Assembly: GCA_030704615.1 (NCBI GenBank)
Contig: CM060731.1
Coordinates: forward strand, 80,042,001-80,106,000
Direction: 5' to 3'
From: Takakia lepidozioides
Taxonomy: Eukaryota > Plantae > Bryophyta
DNA: 64,000 nt
Shown: positions 1-13,262 of the stretch, one piece after another
Numbering within the stretch: the stretch's first letter is position 1
Layout: each line of letters begins with the position of its first letter
Position numbers and translations under genes: made by a program
Notes under the pieces: generated by a model
What the model saw: the letters and a program-made list of their open reading frames with translations, nothing else
Told to the model about the DNA's origin: nothing
Database searches by the model: none

Positions 1-116
1 TGACTTCATACCTAACAAACACCCAAACTGTCTCAACCCAGATCTGCCTCCTTACCACCCTTTACAAATCCTTACTGGATTAAGTAATCCAAGAGTGGAG
101 GTAGCCATATTCAAGG

Positions 117-2600
117 ATAGAATGTACTCATAAGATGTTGTTTGCCATAGCCTTGTGGCCATTGACCCCATGCCCAGTTCGAGCGGAACACAAAGGGACA
201 GAAACTACCTTTGTCAGGGGCTGACGCTGCTAGTATGACTTACCTTGGAACAGACAATTGATCCAAGTTTTCCAGATATCCTCTAGAAATCCCTTTACAC
301 AAGCATCAATCTGCTGTGTGTGATTTGCACAATAACTAGGCCCCAAAAGGGCCTGGGCTGGGCTTGTGGCTCAGCCTCGAGATTTTCAAAGTTGGTAAAC
401 AGAGGTACAGGCACAAATCCATTGATCGATTTGAAGAGGGTGTCTCTCTCGTGAGAGTACCCAGGACAATGAATCAGAAAATGAATATTGTCGTCAGGTT
501 GCCCACACAACTGGCATTTGCAATCCCCCTTTCCTCACCGCATCTGTTTGTTGTTCAAAGGTAGGCTTCCCGCCCTGAGTTTAAATTTCAGTCTAGGGCC
601 GAGAGTGGGTAAACCCTTGAGGTCATCCATGATGTCCTCCCCCATGTCACAGACTGGAAACAAGTTCAGGGAAGTTTTCTGCCTAACTTCATTTTCATCA
701 GACAATTTCCTGGCAACAGACATAGCTTTGGACACTACAGCCTCCAAGTCAGATTTATCCATCAGGGTCAAGACTTGCGGACTTAGATTCAGATCCTTAA
801 GAATCTCTTCTACCCTCCTCCGCCAGGACTTAGCCTGTTTGAGAGGGCGATCCTGCTTCCAAGATATAGAGTCGATTAACTTAGGGTATCTGATATTAGT
901 CATTCGATGCAGCTGGACCCCACCATCTGACCTTGAATTTATCTCGTTGGGAGCTTAAGGGAGGGATGCCAAACTCACCCCGAACAGCCACATTAGCTGT
1001 TTTGGAGCATGCTGACATGCACTCTTAAGCACCCCCACTTGAATGGATTCTAGAGACTTAGCCTGGTTGGAGTTATCAACCCACACTGCAGATGCGTACT
1101 CCAAGGCAGGCCTAATAACGTGGCAAAGCACGGTTTTTTTTTTTCCTCTGCAGTGGAGACCCAACGCTTTGTGCTTGCCAGATTGAACAACTTTTCGAAT
1201 ATGTGCATCCCAATCACAGTTGGAGGAAAAACTCAACGTCAAGATATGTGTAGGAAGGGAGGACAGGAATCTCTTGGCTTCCCCACTGCCACCTCCTCCC
1301 TCCTCTCGGTCATCGAATGCCACCACTGCGCATTTACAGACGTAAGCCTCTAGCCCCCAAAGATCAAAGTATCTCTTCGCCCAATCAATCAACTCCTGAA
1401 GATTGGATGAAGTCTCCCCTATGCCTGCGAAGTCATCCGCAAACATAAGGGCTGGTATGGTGGCATCACCCACCCTTAACCCAAATCCTCACTTTCCACA
1501 TCCTCAAGGAGTTGATCGATGAAAACGTTGACGAGCAAAGGGGAGAGGGTACATCCTTGAGCTACATGTCAAAGAAGTTGGACTTCTGTCCAGTAACAGT
1601 GACACAGCTTTTGGTGTGAGCATACAAGTTATGGACCAGTCTGCACATCTTTCCCTTGATCCCAGATGACCAGAGTCAGAGCCATAGACCATCTCTCCAC
1701 ACTGTGTCATCAGCCTTTTTGACATCCAAGAAAAAGACAAAAGTGGGTTTCCTTCTTTTTTCCTTCCCTGGATCATCTGGCTTAGAGTGAAGATATGATC
1801 CACACAGCCCCTGTTTCTCTGAAAGCTAGCTTGGCCTTCATGAAACCACCTCTAGACTCCAGATCAACCTCGAGACGAGTACTTATAACTCTGCAAAATA
1901 TCTTGCCAACTGCATTGAGATGTGTGATGCCTCTGTAGTTCCCCGGCTCTTCTCTGTCACCTTTCTTGTGTAGATTGAAAATGACCCCCTGTCGCCAGCG
2001 AAAGGGGATCATTTCAGTCCTCCAGACAAGGTTAAAGAGAAGTACAAGGGCCTCTATCATGGGGTCGCCACTGTGCTTGATACGCTCGCTGACTATGTCA
2101 TCAGGTCCACTGCTTTATATCTGTTTAAATGCTCAATTGCTTCCACAATCACAGAAGAACTAATGGGAGCATTGTAACCCTTTGAAATATACTCCAGTTC
2201 ATCAGGGCTGTCTTGAGTCATAGGAACAGTTTTTTCAACTGTGTCCTTCCATTCTTCAGAAGATCCCTCACTGTTAGACCTAGAATTTCTGCCAAGGATA
2301 CTGTAGTGAGTTTCAAAGGTTTTTGATGATGTCAACAGTTGAAGTCACCACTGCACCCTTAGTAGTCCTTAGCGCTTGTACTTGTTGACAATTTTTCGGC
2401 TTGTACAGACGTTGAAGGGCAAACCAGAATCATTACCACCACAGTGGTTTGAGATTATTTCACTGTATAACTTGTCCCGATATAATTTCTTCTGAGACCT
2501 TGCAAGCTGATTGATATCTTTGCGGATCTGGTAGTACCTAGCCCACAATTCTTTGCTGACTTTCAAATTGCATCACTCTTTATAGAGGACTCGTCTCTCC
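117..2600 (-). mobile_element. Degenerate non-LTR retrotransposon (LINE): RT plus C-terminal Cys/His region, 5'-truncated, in a DRC11 intron
   Basis: Frameshifted minus-strand ORF chain 2369-2566, 2093-2335, 1782-2060 (KKGDREEPGNYRGITHLNAVGKIF), 955-1473 (LMFADD; IRPALEYASAVW), 535-903 and 295-510 (CGQPDDNIHFLIHCPGY). The 3' end (~117) is set by homology to the fragment at 43742-43940. Confidence 0.9.
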
Positions 2601-2667
2601 GCTATCTTGAGTTTTGATCTCATTGGTCCACCATATCAGAGAAGAGAGAGGGAGAGAGAGAGGGTAC

Positions 2668-5662
2668 TTTATCTTGGCCAACTCCATGATCTGCTGACGG
2701 CTTTGCCTTCCCCTCTCCTCTGCCTGGCACCACAGTCCACACACCAAGGAGAGTCACATACAAGGTTATTTACTGCAGCGATGGGCTTTTGTAGCTTTAT
2801 TCAGCCATGGACTGGCTCCTGGATACCCCCTGGCTACAGGATATAGTGATGATGCTATGAGGGGCCTCAGTCTATGACTCCATGAGATAACAGCTAAATT
2901 CTTGTTGTACAGGGTCCAAATCCGTCACTGTAGCTCTTGAGATGTAATACCAGAGGAATTGGCAAGAGAAACGCTAAAGCCATTAAGACGTACCTTGGTT
3001 TTAAAATCGTACAGAATTTATGGACATATGACTACCCATTATCTGCTCACACCCTTCCAGAGAGCATCGCTCTTTTGAGATGAGAAGACGAGATTGTCAG
3101 AACAATCAGAACTGGAGGAAAGCTGATCAACCTGTTGCAGGACTGAAACTGGCAAACCTGAAGCAAGGCGACAGCTTCAGCTTCGGTCATTGGGGGTGGT
3201 GGAACCTCCACTTCCTTCCTCATTTTTCTCTCAGCGAATTCTTTGGCTGCTTTTTCTTCAGCTGCTTTGATTGCTGCCACGGCTGCTCTCTCAGCTTCAG
3301 CGACCGCAATTGCTGCCACCTGCGAATTTCTAATATTTACATTTATTCAGGGTTGTTAGGAGAAATGAAATGAAATGAAATGGTGCTTTATAACGTCCGC
3401 GGAAAGCTCATAGAGCTTATGGGACAAAATGGAAGAAAACATGAGAGAGGAGACAAAACCAGACCCAAGAATAAGAACTAATGTTCTAGTGATTGTCTCT
3501 GCAGGTAAGCTGCCAAGCATTTCTGATCCTCATAGTGGAATACTTGCGAGAGATTGGGTTCCACTGAATAAACAGTGGAATCTCCCACGGATCTCGTGGT
3601 ATAGAGGGCAGTTAGAAGAAGAAGAAGTGTTCTTCAGTTTCAATTTCCCGGCTGCGCCCTATGCAAGCTGGACATAGGCGGTCCTCCCGTTGCAGGTTTT
3701 CCCATCTGCCAGTCTCTATCCGTAGGTTGTGGGAACCCACCCTGAACCGCCCCAATGCCCTCAGGAGGGAAGGAGACAAGGATGCTGAAAGGTAATTTGG
3801 CCTCAAGATTCTATCATCTCGGAGCACCAAGGATGTCTCTCGAGATAAAGACTAGGAATCCAGCTGGCGCCTAGTGCCTCCTTCACGGATGACAGACTGA
3901 CCCTGTAAGGAAGTGGTCACTTTGTAATGCTTCTTACAGAGCAAACAGCAAAGTTCCGTGGGCAAGTTTGTACCAAAAGATTAGGGGTGTCAGGCTCAAC
4001 CATGACGACCTCAGAAGTATGCAGAGAAAGTCAATCATCCACTGAAGGATTAATTTGTTGCACTAAGCCCGGGAATATTAGCTGCTTCTGTATCCAGAGA
4101 GGGAGAGAAATTGGCATCCACCATGCCTCAACCTTGAAAAGAGAGAATCTTGGTAAGGTTTCTCGAGTTTTTGTGGAACCCTCTGTGGTTCTCTCAGAGC
4201 ATAGGTCGTTCTAATTACATAATTGATTTTACTCCATCTGAAAGTGGGAGACAATCTCATGCAGGAGGGAAAACTCTATACAGTATATATATTGCACTGT
4301 GACAGTAGAAGGTTTACTTCATATATGGTGGACCCACCAAGTAGTTTTCACGGGTTTCAAGGAGGCTGCTGTTATCCACTACGAGAAAGTGTGGCGGAAC
4401 TACGTCCAAAGCGTCCAACCCCAAGCCCATTTCTTGCTGTCACACAGATTCCTACAGCCAATTTGTTAGTGCTTAAAGACCCTTAAACTTGATCAATCAT
4501 GTTGAACCTTGTGGGCTAATGATAAGGTGGCTGCAGATATCTTCTCGATAGGCTCATCTTCTATATGAAGCTTGGGTCCTCTCTTAGGTCATAAAAGTCT
4601 TTAACTCAGTGGTCAAATGGACTGGACATGCTTTGGGTTGGTCTCTGTTTTTCAGAACTGATGAAGACACTGGTACAAACAACAGTGAATCAATACACTA
4701 AAGTTCAGCCTTGTGCGGTGCAAAGTTTGAAAGAATCGGGTGAGACATCAACACCATACAAAAACTACATCAGACCATGCTAGCTGCTGGCATGTCACAC
4801 GGTCACTAGTGGGCACATGCATTATATTGGCCAGTTACTCAGACTACAAGGGCATGTTTATATGGCAAGTTGGATGCACTAAATTGCTGCTGGAAATTTG
4901 CTGCCTTGGTTTTACTGCACATTAGCAATGGCTTACAATTTGGGGATCATATGACTTGCCAGAAGATCATCCCAGTTGAAATATTCCTTAGTTTCGTTTA
5001 GTCCCACCATCCACTGCCATCCAAGAACATCCTTAGCCCCTTGTATACCAGCATTTGACCATCCAAGAGGTGAATGAATAAAAGAAAAGAGGATATTTAG
5101 GACGGCACCCAAGGGCACATGGCTTGTGTCATTTGCGAAGTGTGCCATTCTTAATCTGAACTACACTGAGAACAACTGAGAACGATATTAACAATATTAT
5201 CATTTTGAACTTCCCCCCTGGTTTGAAAGGAAGATTGCAATATGTCCACCAACGCTAAATTTTTGTGGGTGCTTAAAGACTATCGCAGGTCAACATAAAC
5301 TCACTCCCTTCACTTCCAAAATGCGCCCAATGCAGGCCTCCAGGGCCTTCTTTGCATCACGGCGCTTTTGGGGATGCACAACCTGTACCCACCAAGAAAA
5401 ACAAAGAGAGTGAGTATTTTTCTAACACCAGTACGTGATTAGCCAGGGATCTTTGGTTTATTGTTGCATATCAATTTCTGATCCAGCAGGCCAACTTTTC
5501 CAATAACATAAGTACATTAGTAATCAACCTATTTCTCTGGGCCTTGTAGGCTAGTAAGCAACCTACTGTACAGTAGAAGGGTTGTACCTGGTCATAAGAG
5601 TCCTCTAGTTTGCGGTAGACTTGCAAGTATTTTATGTAGATTTTTGAAAACTGTGGCAGGGT
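2668..5662 (-). CDS. DRC11: Dynein regulatory complex subunit 11 / IQ and AAA domain protein (N-terminal half). Exons 5588-5662, 5305-5382, 4960-5013, 4338-4436, 3158-3319, 2668-2723. First exon not located; the gene continues left of the window.
   Basis: Exons join in frame: TLPQFSKIYIKYLQVYRKLEDSYDQ|VVHPQKRRDAKKALEACIGRILEVKG|WMVGLNETKEYFNWDDLL|QEMGLGLDALDVVPPHFLVVDNSSLLETRENYL|VAAIAVAE...PPPPMTEAEAVALLQ|AEERGRQSRQQIMELAKI. This matches recalled IQCA1/DRC11 motifs (YIxYxQxxRKLExxYDQxVHPQKR; EAVxxIQxxERxRQxR). All acceptors are CAG; donors are GT except one GC. Confidence 0.88.
3361..3900 (-). mobile_element. 3' fragment of a second LINE family ending in a (CATTT)n tail, intronic
   Basis: ORF 3612-3830 reads LGRFRVGSHNLRIETGRW...RLCPAC...IETEEHFF and continues after a frameshift as CPLYHEIRGRFHCLF (LINE C-terminal Cys/His region). 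Minus-strand tail TAAAGCACC(ATTTC)n at 3361-3391. Confidence 0.8.
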
Positions 5663-7050
5663 CTGCACCAAAGTGTACACCACTGTTAAGGAGCTTCCCT
5701 GTTAGCACACATCCATAGTGATACTGAAATTCCCAAAGCCGGTGCTTGTGTTTTCATCAACCTGACATTCTTAAAATTCATGAAATTGCATATAGCTTGT
5801 AGACTACCTAGGACAATTTCAGTCTTTTCCATGGCCTGGAAATTTGGGGATTTTGCACTGCCAGCTGCTATAATGAGAAAAGGAGGAAGAGAGAACAAAG
5901 AAACAACAAATGAAAGCTTAGCTAAGGATGTGAACACTTGCCGTGGGCCACTCTTCAAAGTTTTTAGGGAATTCCATTTTCAAAAGCTCCACAAGACCCA
6001 GCATTGCATCCTGCCATTGCAAATTGTATGTTCTGTCCATGCCCATGGCCCAACAGAGAAGAGCATGTCTATTATGCTCTGCAAGATGGATGTAGATTAA
6101 AGCTCGATTGCCCTACATTGACCAATTCTCAAAATCATGATGCAAGTTAGAGTGGTTAGATTAGATCTGAAGATTTGTTGGGGTCTCTTTCAGGATGCAC
6201 CTCAGGCAAATCTGCAGATGGCTATCTTAGACTTTGATTCTGTATGTCCACTGGTCAATGTTTTCCCATAGCTATGCCTAATATTTGGGATCGTATTTCA
6301 AAATGTGTGTTTGCGATTACTACCAGGAGAAGGTTTGAGCCACTTGGTCTCAGATTGTTGCACTATCTCCTGAATCTCTACTAAAAACAATATTTACGCC
6401 ACAGATGCCAAAAGGTCAACTGAAGAGTACCAAACCCTGTCCTAGCCACTAAGGCAAAGTGCGCTGTCATTGGATGGGTTTGCAACTGAGCACCAGCCTG
6501 AAGTCGTTCCTCATTTTTTCTTCTTTGGGAATATCATAGTAAGTGTTGACTCTAAGAGCAATGCAAACAGAATCTGGATAGGGAGAACTAGATCGAATGG
6601 GGCATTGTAGAAATATACTCGTGCGACATAGTGCTGATTTCTGGCGAACAAATCTCCTTTCAATTTGTCCCCTTTCTGAAGATCTGTGCACTCCCTCCTC
6701 AAACCTCCCTTTCTTCCTCTTGTAGGTCAATGTTCCACACCGCACGTTTTATCTGCAGGCAATGATATGTCTAGCATCTTTTCCTTTCTTGCATTTCTAG
6801 GTCTACCATCCTAAAGCCCTCCTATGTGTGTCAGCTGACATTACAGGTATTACTGTTACTCAGCCATCCATGTGGTTTGGCCTCTTCACATCTGAAAAGC
6901 CACATTCAAACACAATCAATTTTTCCTGCTTGCAGCCCTGGTTCATGAAAACATGTGGGGTATATCTGTGCACTTTTGGGTAGTGTATTTGAACCACCTT
7001 TGAAGGACCATTCACCAATCTTATAAACACAGCTTCTTAGTATACCTATA

Positions 7051-7648
7051 CTAGTGTGGCCTGTGTGCAAGCACATATTGTACCCACATTTTACTAAGTA
7101 TACCGTACCTTCCTATGCTGTCCAATGATAATTTAAATGCAAAAACAGACTTCCGAAAAAATTTAACTAGAGTTCTTCCAGTGCCGCACATATTTGACCC
7201 GAAGACTTGCACTAACAAATTTGGCCACCATGCACTAGCCATGTACACAGGGGACAATTGTACTTTTTTAATTATTTACCATGTTTACTGCTGCAACTGC
7301 AGAAATCCCAAAAAACCTGCCGGACCCTTTTTCAAGAAAAATTAATTAGTCCGGCGGGGCCTGACGGATAGCATGGGCAAGCACATATTTACATTTAAGA
7401 CCATGTTTACCAAAAGACATATTAAGGGCCAATATTCCAGAAAAACCCAATTTGCTATTTTTTATGAATTTCCAGGGACAAAAAATACTTGAAACTCAAT
7501 ATCTCCCACATTGTAGGTCCAAAAATTATGAAACCACCTCGATGCACCTTACTCATTGAGGGCTTTCCATGCAGACGGAGGCCTTGCAGTTTGGGAGATC
7601 TCAATGGGACATACAAAACAAAACAAACTATCTTGCTTAATATATTGA
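7051..7648 (-). mobile_element. Short non-autonomous Helitron
   Basis: The minus strand starts A|TCAATATATTAAG (7648) and ends with a short hairpin TGTGC-TT-GCACA followed by CTAG|T (7054-7051). This is the TC...CTRR-in-AT signature. A diverged 5' copy lies at 15365-15781. Confidence 0.6.
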
Positions 7649-8074
7649 TGTTTTTATTTTATTTTCTTATAGTGATGGTGAAATTGGCAAGCCAAGCCAT
7701 AGCCAGGCTCTAGGGGTACCTCTTGAGTCTAAACTAATACTTTCATCCACTCGGATGGTTTTCTCGTTGTAAAGTATCTCGGGTTCACCCTCACCAAAAG
7801 GGGTGTATGCCTTATGGCCCCACAGAGGTTTATTTTTCCCCAGAAATAAAAAAAATGGAAAATATAGTTATTTTGAAAAGAAATTTATTGGATCTCAATT
7901 TCGTTTCAAGATTTTTATTGGAAATGACGTCGTGTGTGTGTGTGTATGTGAGAAATGATTCATTAATTATAAAAAGATTGTAAAATGCAAAGTGTCATGT
8001 CAAATTGCTATGGTATAAAGTGGCACTTCGTCTATGGGTTGGTAAAACCCCGTCGTTACCTTTCTCACCTACTA

Positions 8075-8505
8075 CCGTAGTGGGATAGCTGGTTAGGCAC
8101 TTGCCTGTCTAATAATTATTTTTGGGGCCATTCAGCAGTTAGGCACTTTTGAGAAAAAAAATTTAAATTAGGCATCTTGGATGTGTAATTTTTTCAAATT
8201 AGGCAACTAAGAATAATGATAACAAAATAAAAACACAAAAATATAAATATACAACCGCTGCCATGGATGAAAATTGAAAACTGAGTCCATGGATGACATT
8301 TTAAATGAATATCATTCTAAATGGATGTCATTTTTAGTTTTTTTTTCCTATTTTAGATTTATTTCTAATTTAAATTCAAGTTTGTATACCATATGCACTT
8401 TTAGAGAAATTTTTGAAAATTAGCCACTCTTGTCAAAAATAATTTATTTTGATTAGGCACTTTTTTTTCGAATTAATTTCTGCCTAATCGGCTATCCCAC
8501 TACGG
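8075..8505. mobile_element. MITE with TA target duplication (Tc1/mariner-Stowaway-like)
   Basis: 25-bp TIRs CCGTAGTGGGATAGCTGGTTAGGCA / TGCCTAATCGGCTATCCCACTACGG (2 mismatches). TA on both sides (8073-74, 8506-07). AT-rich interior with TTAGGCA repeats. Confidence 0.88.
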
Positions 8506-9017
8506 TAATGAATTGCTTTATTTTCAATTTGGAACTTGAACAACGGTCAAATATAAAGAGGACTAGGACGGAACCTGTTGCATTGCAATTGCAACAGTCA
8601 CACTTTCTTTTATTTATGTACATGGTAGCCAAAGTGGTTTCAAGTATCCCCTTCTACTTGTTGTGAAGCACAACATAGCACTAGAAAAGTAATGACAATC
8701 TATCTTCAAAAAGGTGAAAAAAATACTTTTACTATAAAAATTGAAGCAGAAATGAGGCTATTGTATCGTTTTCAATAGTGCAAATTATGAGACATGCCAC
8801 GTTCTATAGTTCATTTTTACGAACAGGAGTGGAATGAGATTACTCCCGCCACCAAACAATTACAAGTTTGTTTCAATTTGTCTCCATCTCTAGGCGGTGT
8901 TGTGGGCTAACGTAATGGACGGTTTGAAGAAAACATATCTCCCACTATCTCTCATAAAATACAACCAATAACTGGGGCCAACTGATAAATACATGGAGCT
9001 AAGGGGCGACGATGCAT

Positions 9018-10305
9018 CACTACAAGAGATGAGCGTTTTTAGGACTACGGCTTTTGCGGAGTTATAAAAACGGCATTAGGTACACGACTACAGAACGCTG
9101 AAATGCGTTGCAGTCATAGTTTTATCACTCTGTAGTAATGGATATCACTACATGACTCCGGAAAGGTAGGGAGCATTGGTCAAACATTGTTGACAATGAT
9201 GACAGGGGTGGTTTATATGACTCGCATCATATGGAGGACTACACGTGGATGAATTTTCCTAGAATCGTATGACTTCATGACTGAATATGGTTTCAGAGCT
9301 CTAATTATATGACTGCATCACTACACGTGTCATTTTGAAGGCACATACACGAATGTATTTATCCATTGGATAAGTTCATTCATCAATGATCAAAGTGCAA
9401 AAGGTTAATTTTTTTCAAAAGTTGCTTATAGGGTTGCCCATTAGGGTGCCAGCCGTGAACAGAGGGCTAGGACTTGGCCTCCTTTTGGGCTTTTTTTTGT
9501 CTCCCGCCACACCATATGTTTTCTTAGTATCCACAAGCCTAGAGCATGGAACGCAACGATCGCAAGATGTGTAGGGGCGTGGGATGGAGGCTTTGCAGAC
9601 CTATTCTTGAGCATGCAGGAAGGGGCAAGGATAGACACAACGAGGCACTACAACACACTACAAGCACCGTCGGTATTTTACTATAAATTTCACTATTTGC
9701 CACTTTTCACTATTTCTAGCACCACGTAGTGAAATGTGCTGATATTAATAGAACAATTCACTATAACTATCGAAAGTTTCATTACGGAGTCCTTTATTCT
9801 ACCACCCCTCAGTCAAACATTGACAGCTGTAATTATGAAAATATAATTTATAATGTATATTTCAATTTCAATAACTCAAAGTGAAAGTTTTTACTAGCAA
9901 GTGTTCAAACCAGCCCAATGGTAATATATTTTACTACCACTATCAAATGTTTGTTTACGTGGTATTTTGGTTTTCTAGACAAGTAGCAGGATTTTAGCCT
10001 TTGACCTAGAATAAATCAAAGTGCAAAAGGTTAAAAAGTCAAGAAATTGCTAATAAGTTGCCCATTAGGATTAAAAAAATTAAAAAGTTGTTAATAAGGT
10101 TGCCCATTAGGGTAATCGTGAACACAAAGGAGGGCTGGGACTTAGCGTTTTTTTTGTCTCCTACGCCACACCATGTAGCCGAGGGATGGAACGCGATGAT
10201 CGCAGGATATGCAGGGGCGTGGGATGGAGGCGTTGAGCAAATGATGCAGGAAGGAGGAGATGAGGAGGAGATGAGACGAGGAGAAGCTCGCAACATTCTT
10301 GCGAG
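9018..10305 (+). mobile_element. Two tandem diverged CACTA-like left-end fragments
   Basis: CACTACAAG starts at 9018 and ~9654. Blocks 9388-9630 and 10015-10260 are diverged direct copies (ATCAAAGTGCAAAAGGTTAA...GGGGCGTGGGATGGAGGC). No matching TAGTG end was found. Confidence 0.45.
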
Positions 10306-11362
10306 CTGCAAAGTTTCAAATCAATTTAAAATCATTTGGTAGGGGGACGATTGGTTCACCCTTTAAACCATTTTAGATTGATGTCATACTTCTCAAAGAC
10401 GTGTAAGAGGGCATGTAGAAGACACTTGCAAAGTTTCGGAGCAATAAAATATCATTTCATAGGGGAAGTTTCCGTTCACCCTTTCATCCAATTTTGAATT
10501 GAACTGCATTTTTATTAAATAAAATGATTTAGAGGGCATAGGATTGTGGGGCGCAATGATTTTGTTTTTGGCTTGATTTTGATCTGTGAGTTGAACCCTC
10601 ACACCACCACATCCTTGCCAAAAAATGTACCAAAGAAAAATGTTTGGAAAAAAACGTTCATCATTTGCTTTATGCTCACTATTGCAGAACTCTCTATGAA
10701 GAGTGCATGAAGTTGAAGATAACTTCACCTTGGAGTGTAAATGAGGGAATAAAATGTGTTTTGGATGCAGACGATGTCTGTTCATGGTGATATTTTGCAT
10801 GCAACTCTTCATGTTGTTATCAAGCATATGGCTTCAGAATGGAATTAAAAACAATTCATGTGCAGGCGAAAGGTTGTTTCTCCTTATGAAGTTGAATAGC
10901 CGATTCAAACAACTTTGTTGAAGTTCAACTTTGGTCCATATGTGCTTAAGTACGTACAAATCACGTACACAAAGTTGCAAGCGAAGAAATAATCATTTGC
11001 CCCCCGAAGTTCGAACGACTCGTTAAACCTTTCAACCAATTTTCAATCATGAATCATTTAATAGGGAAACTATTGGTTCATCCTTAGAACCATTTTAGAC
11101 TTGTCCGGTAACTTAAAGAGGGCATGTACAACACACTCCCAAAGTTTCAAATCAATCTAAAATCATTTGGCAGGGGAACGATTGGTTCACCCATTGACCC
11201 GGTGTACACTGTCACTCTTCAAGATTCGTGGGTGTGGTGCTTGATTATCCCATATGATGGACCCAGGTGCCATGGCCAAGTAACAAACCATTAAAACATT
11301 ATGGTACGAGACAAACACAATTGAAAACAACATTTATTCGAACATGATGTACAGTCAGAGGT

Positions 11363-12870
11363 CTACAAGTTTCTATCCATCCTCCAGCAATTTTTGGGCT
11401 CAGGCCAATTGAATAGCCCCGTCATGAAACGCTTCATAATATTTTCTAGTTTGTACTGCAACTCTATTGTGTCTACACACAAGTTTTCCAGAGCGGAAGC
11501 AAAACAGGTTCTAGTAGACATATCGTTGAACAGACTTGCATCGAACGTGTTCCCCCATTTATTGCCTGGGCTATCTTTCCAATTGCAAAGGTCTCTGATG
11601 GCACGGTTAGAGGAGGCCTACGAGGTGTGCCATCTGACTGGTTGTTGGCTACATTATGAACAATTGCAATTTCAGGTGCAATCCACCATCTATGTGCGAG
11701 AGTCTTTATCATCTTGTCTTTGCTCTCAAAAATATACACTGTGGTTTTTGGGTCATCCGTCGTGGAGGCCATCCCCCAATCGCATACCCCAATGTACACA
11801 TCTTCAGACCATTGTGGAAAATGCAACAAGATGTTGTCGGGAGACATGTCGTTGTGCAAGAGGTGGTGATTATGGACGTTGAGCATGATGTGCAAAAGCG
11901 TCCATGCTAATTGGGTGCAATTCTGTCGGAATCGAACCAGTTGGTTGACCTCCTGTATTTCCTGCTCCGTCCCCCGTCGTTCCATTAACTCCCTGTTATC
12001 CCGATCATTCCCCCATTTCCTGTCAATATTCAACCATGATCGTATGGTCCCCCCATTCCACCAATGTGTGTAACCTTCATTTCAACGTGGATGCAACGCA
12101 AAATACTTTATGATGCCGAAATGATGGAACTTTACAGCCAACGCCTCATTGTTATGTTGGACTTTGGCAAGCTCAGCATTTGTTTCCCTGGGCGTTTTCC
12201 CTGCTAGCTCCCAAGATGGAGGAATGAATTGATCCCCAACAATTCTAACCCTCTGAATTGTACCATACCCTCCATGTTTGGGCGCGTCGAGTTGTTGTAC
12301 CTGTGTGTTTGTGGATATGTATCTCACGTTCAATGCCGCATCCGCGGACGAGGACCCTGCTTTCCATGGGAGTGGTTTTGTACGTCGTTTGGCGTGGGCC
12401 TTTGCCATGTCAGACCACAAATCCATAAGCACAAACAACTCCTCCTCCGAAGTTGGCATGCGACCTTCAGCTACAGGTGTTCTCGTAACAAACTTGTCCA
12501 TGGTTTGCCTCAGATTCCATGTGGCATCATGGGCCCGGTCCTCCATCCATTTCGTGAACTGGAACTTCGTCATGTCCTCCTCCCATTCATCCCCGACCAA
12601 AGCCTCCCTCATTCTGATCTCCATATTGTGCTGGAATCTAAGGAACCCCTCATTCCCATGTCGGACATACAAAAGATTCAAACGCATTATGTCATTGTCC
12701 TTCAAATAATCCAGCACTACTTGCTTCACCACCTTCGCGGCCTCTGCGCTTAGATAGTTTTTTTTGTTGACCTGACTATCCCGTTCATGTGCATGTTTAC
12801 GCTTCCTACCTTTACGCCTACTTCCCGAGGAACCCCCTGACACTGCGTTCGAAGCAACGTTTCCGGACAT
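11363..12870 (-). pseudogene. Intronless protein kinase (TE cargo), disrupted by one in-frame stop and a 3' frameshift
   Basis: ORFs 12082-13080 and 11473-12033 are in the same frame across a single TGA. Motifs: G-loop HGGYGTI, AGK lysine, NEAL, catalytic HNDMSPDNILL, DWG, WIAPE. Likely start ATG at 12870 (MSGNVAS...RRKGRKRKH, NLS-like). The C-terminus after the frameshift ends ...CWRMDRNL* at 11363. Confidence 0.85.
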
Positions 12871-13156
12871 GATGAAAGTACTTTGCGGAATAGACGTGGC
12901 TTCGTAACGGAAAACTAAACCCAAACTATTGATAACCTTATATACTAGCAGACCAATTTCCTCACCCTCTATTGGTATAGTACCCAAAGCAAACTCTCCC
13001 GCAGTCCCAGGAAAAAAAGGCAAAAACTCCTCCCCCACACAAATCCACTTTCTCCCCCCGCTACGCTCAGTCCTGGCCACCGAAGTTCAAACTCCAAGAA
13101 GCCCCAGAACCGCACTCACAGAGAGGGAAAAAAATGGGTTGGGAATGAAGGGTAGA

Positions 13157-13166
13157 CCCTTATATA
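13157..13166 (-). promoter_or_regulatory. TATA box of kinase gene
   Basis: TATATAAGGG on the minus strand, between the palindrome array and the ORF; equivalent boxes precede the other two genes. Confidence 0.55.
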
Positions 13167-13262
13167 CTGCCTGGAGAGGCCTGACGTGCGACCGTCTCTG
13201 CTGCCCATTCACGCCTCGCCACGTATCCAGGGAGCGGTCGCATCTAATAACAAAAAAGAAAA

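Noticed and set aside
5690-6760. Candidate first exons of DRC11
   Set aside because: No segment gave both a compatible splice phase and recognisable similarity.
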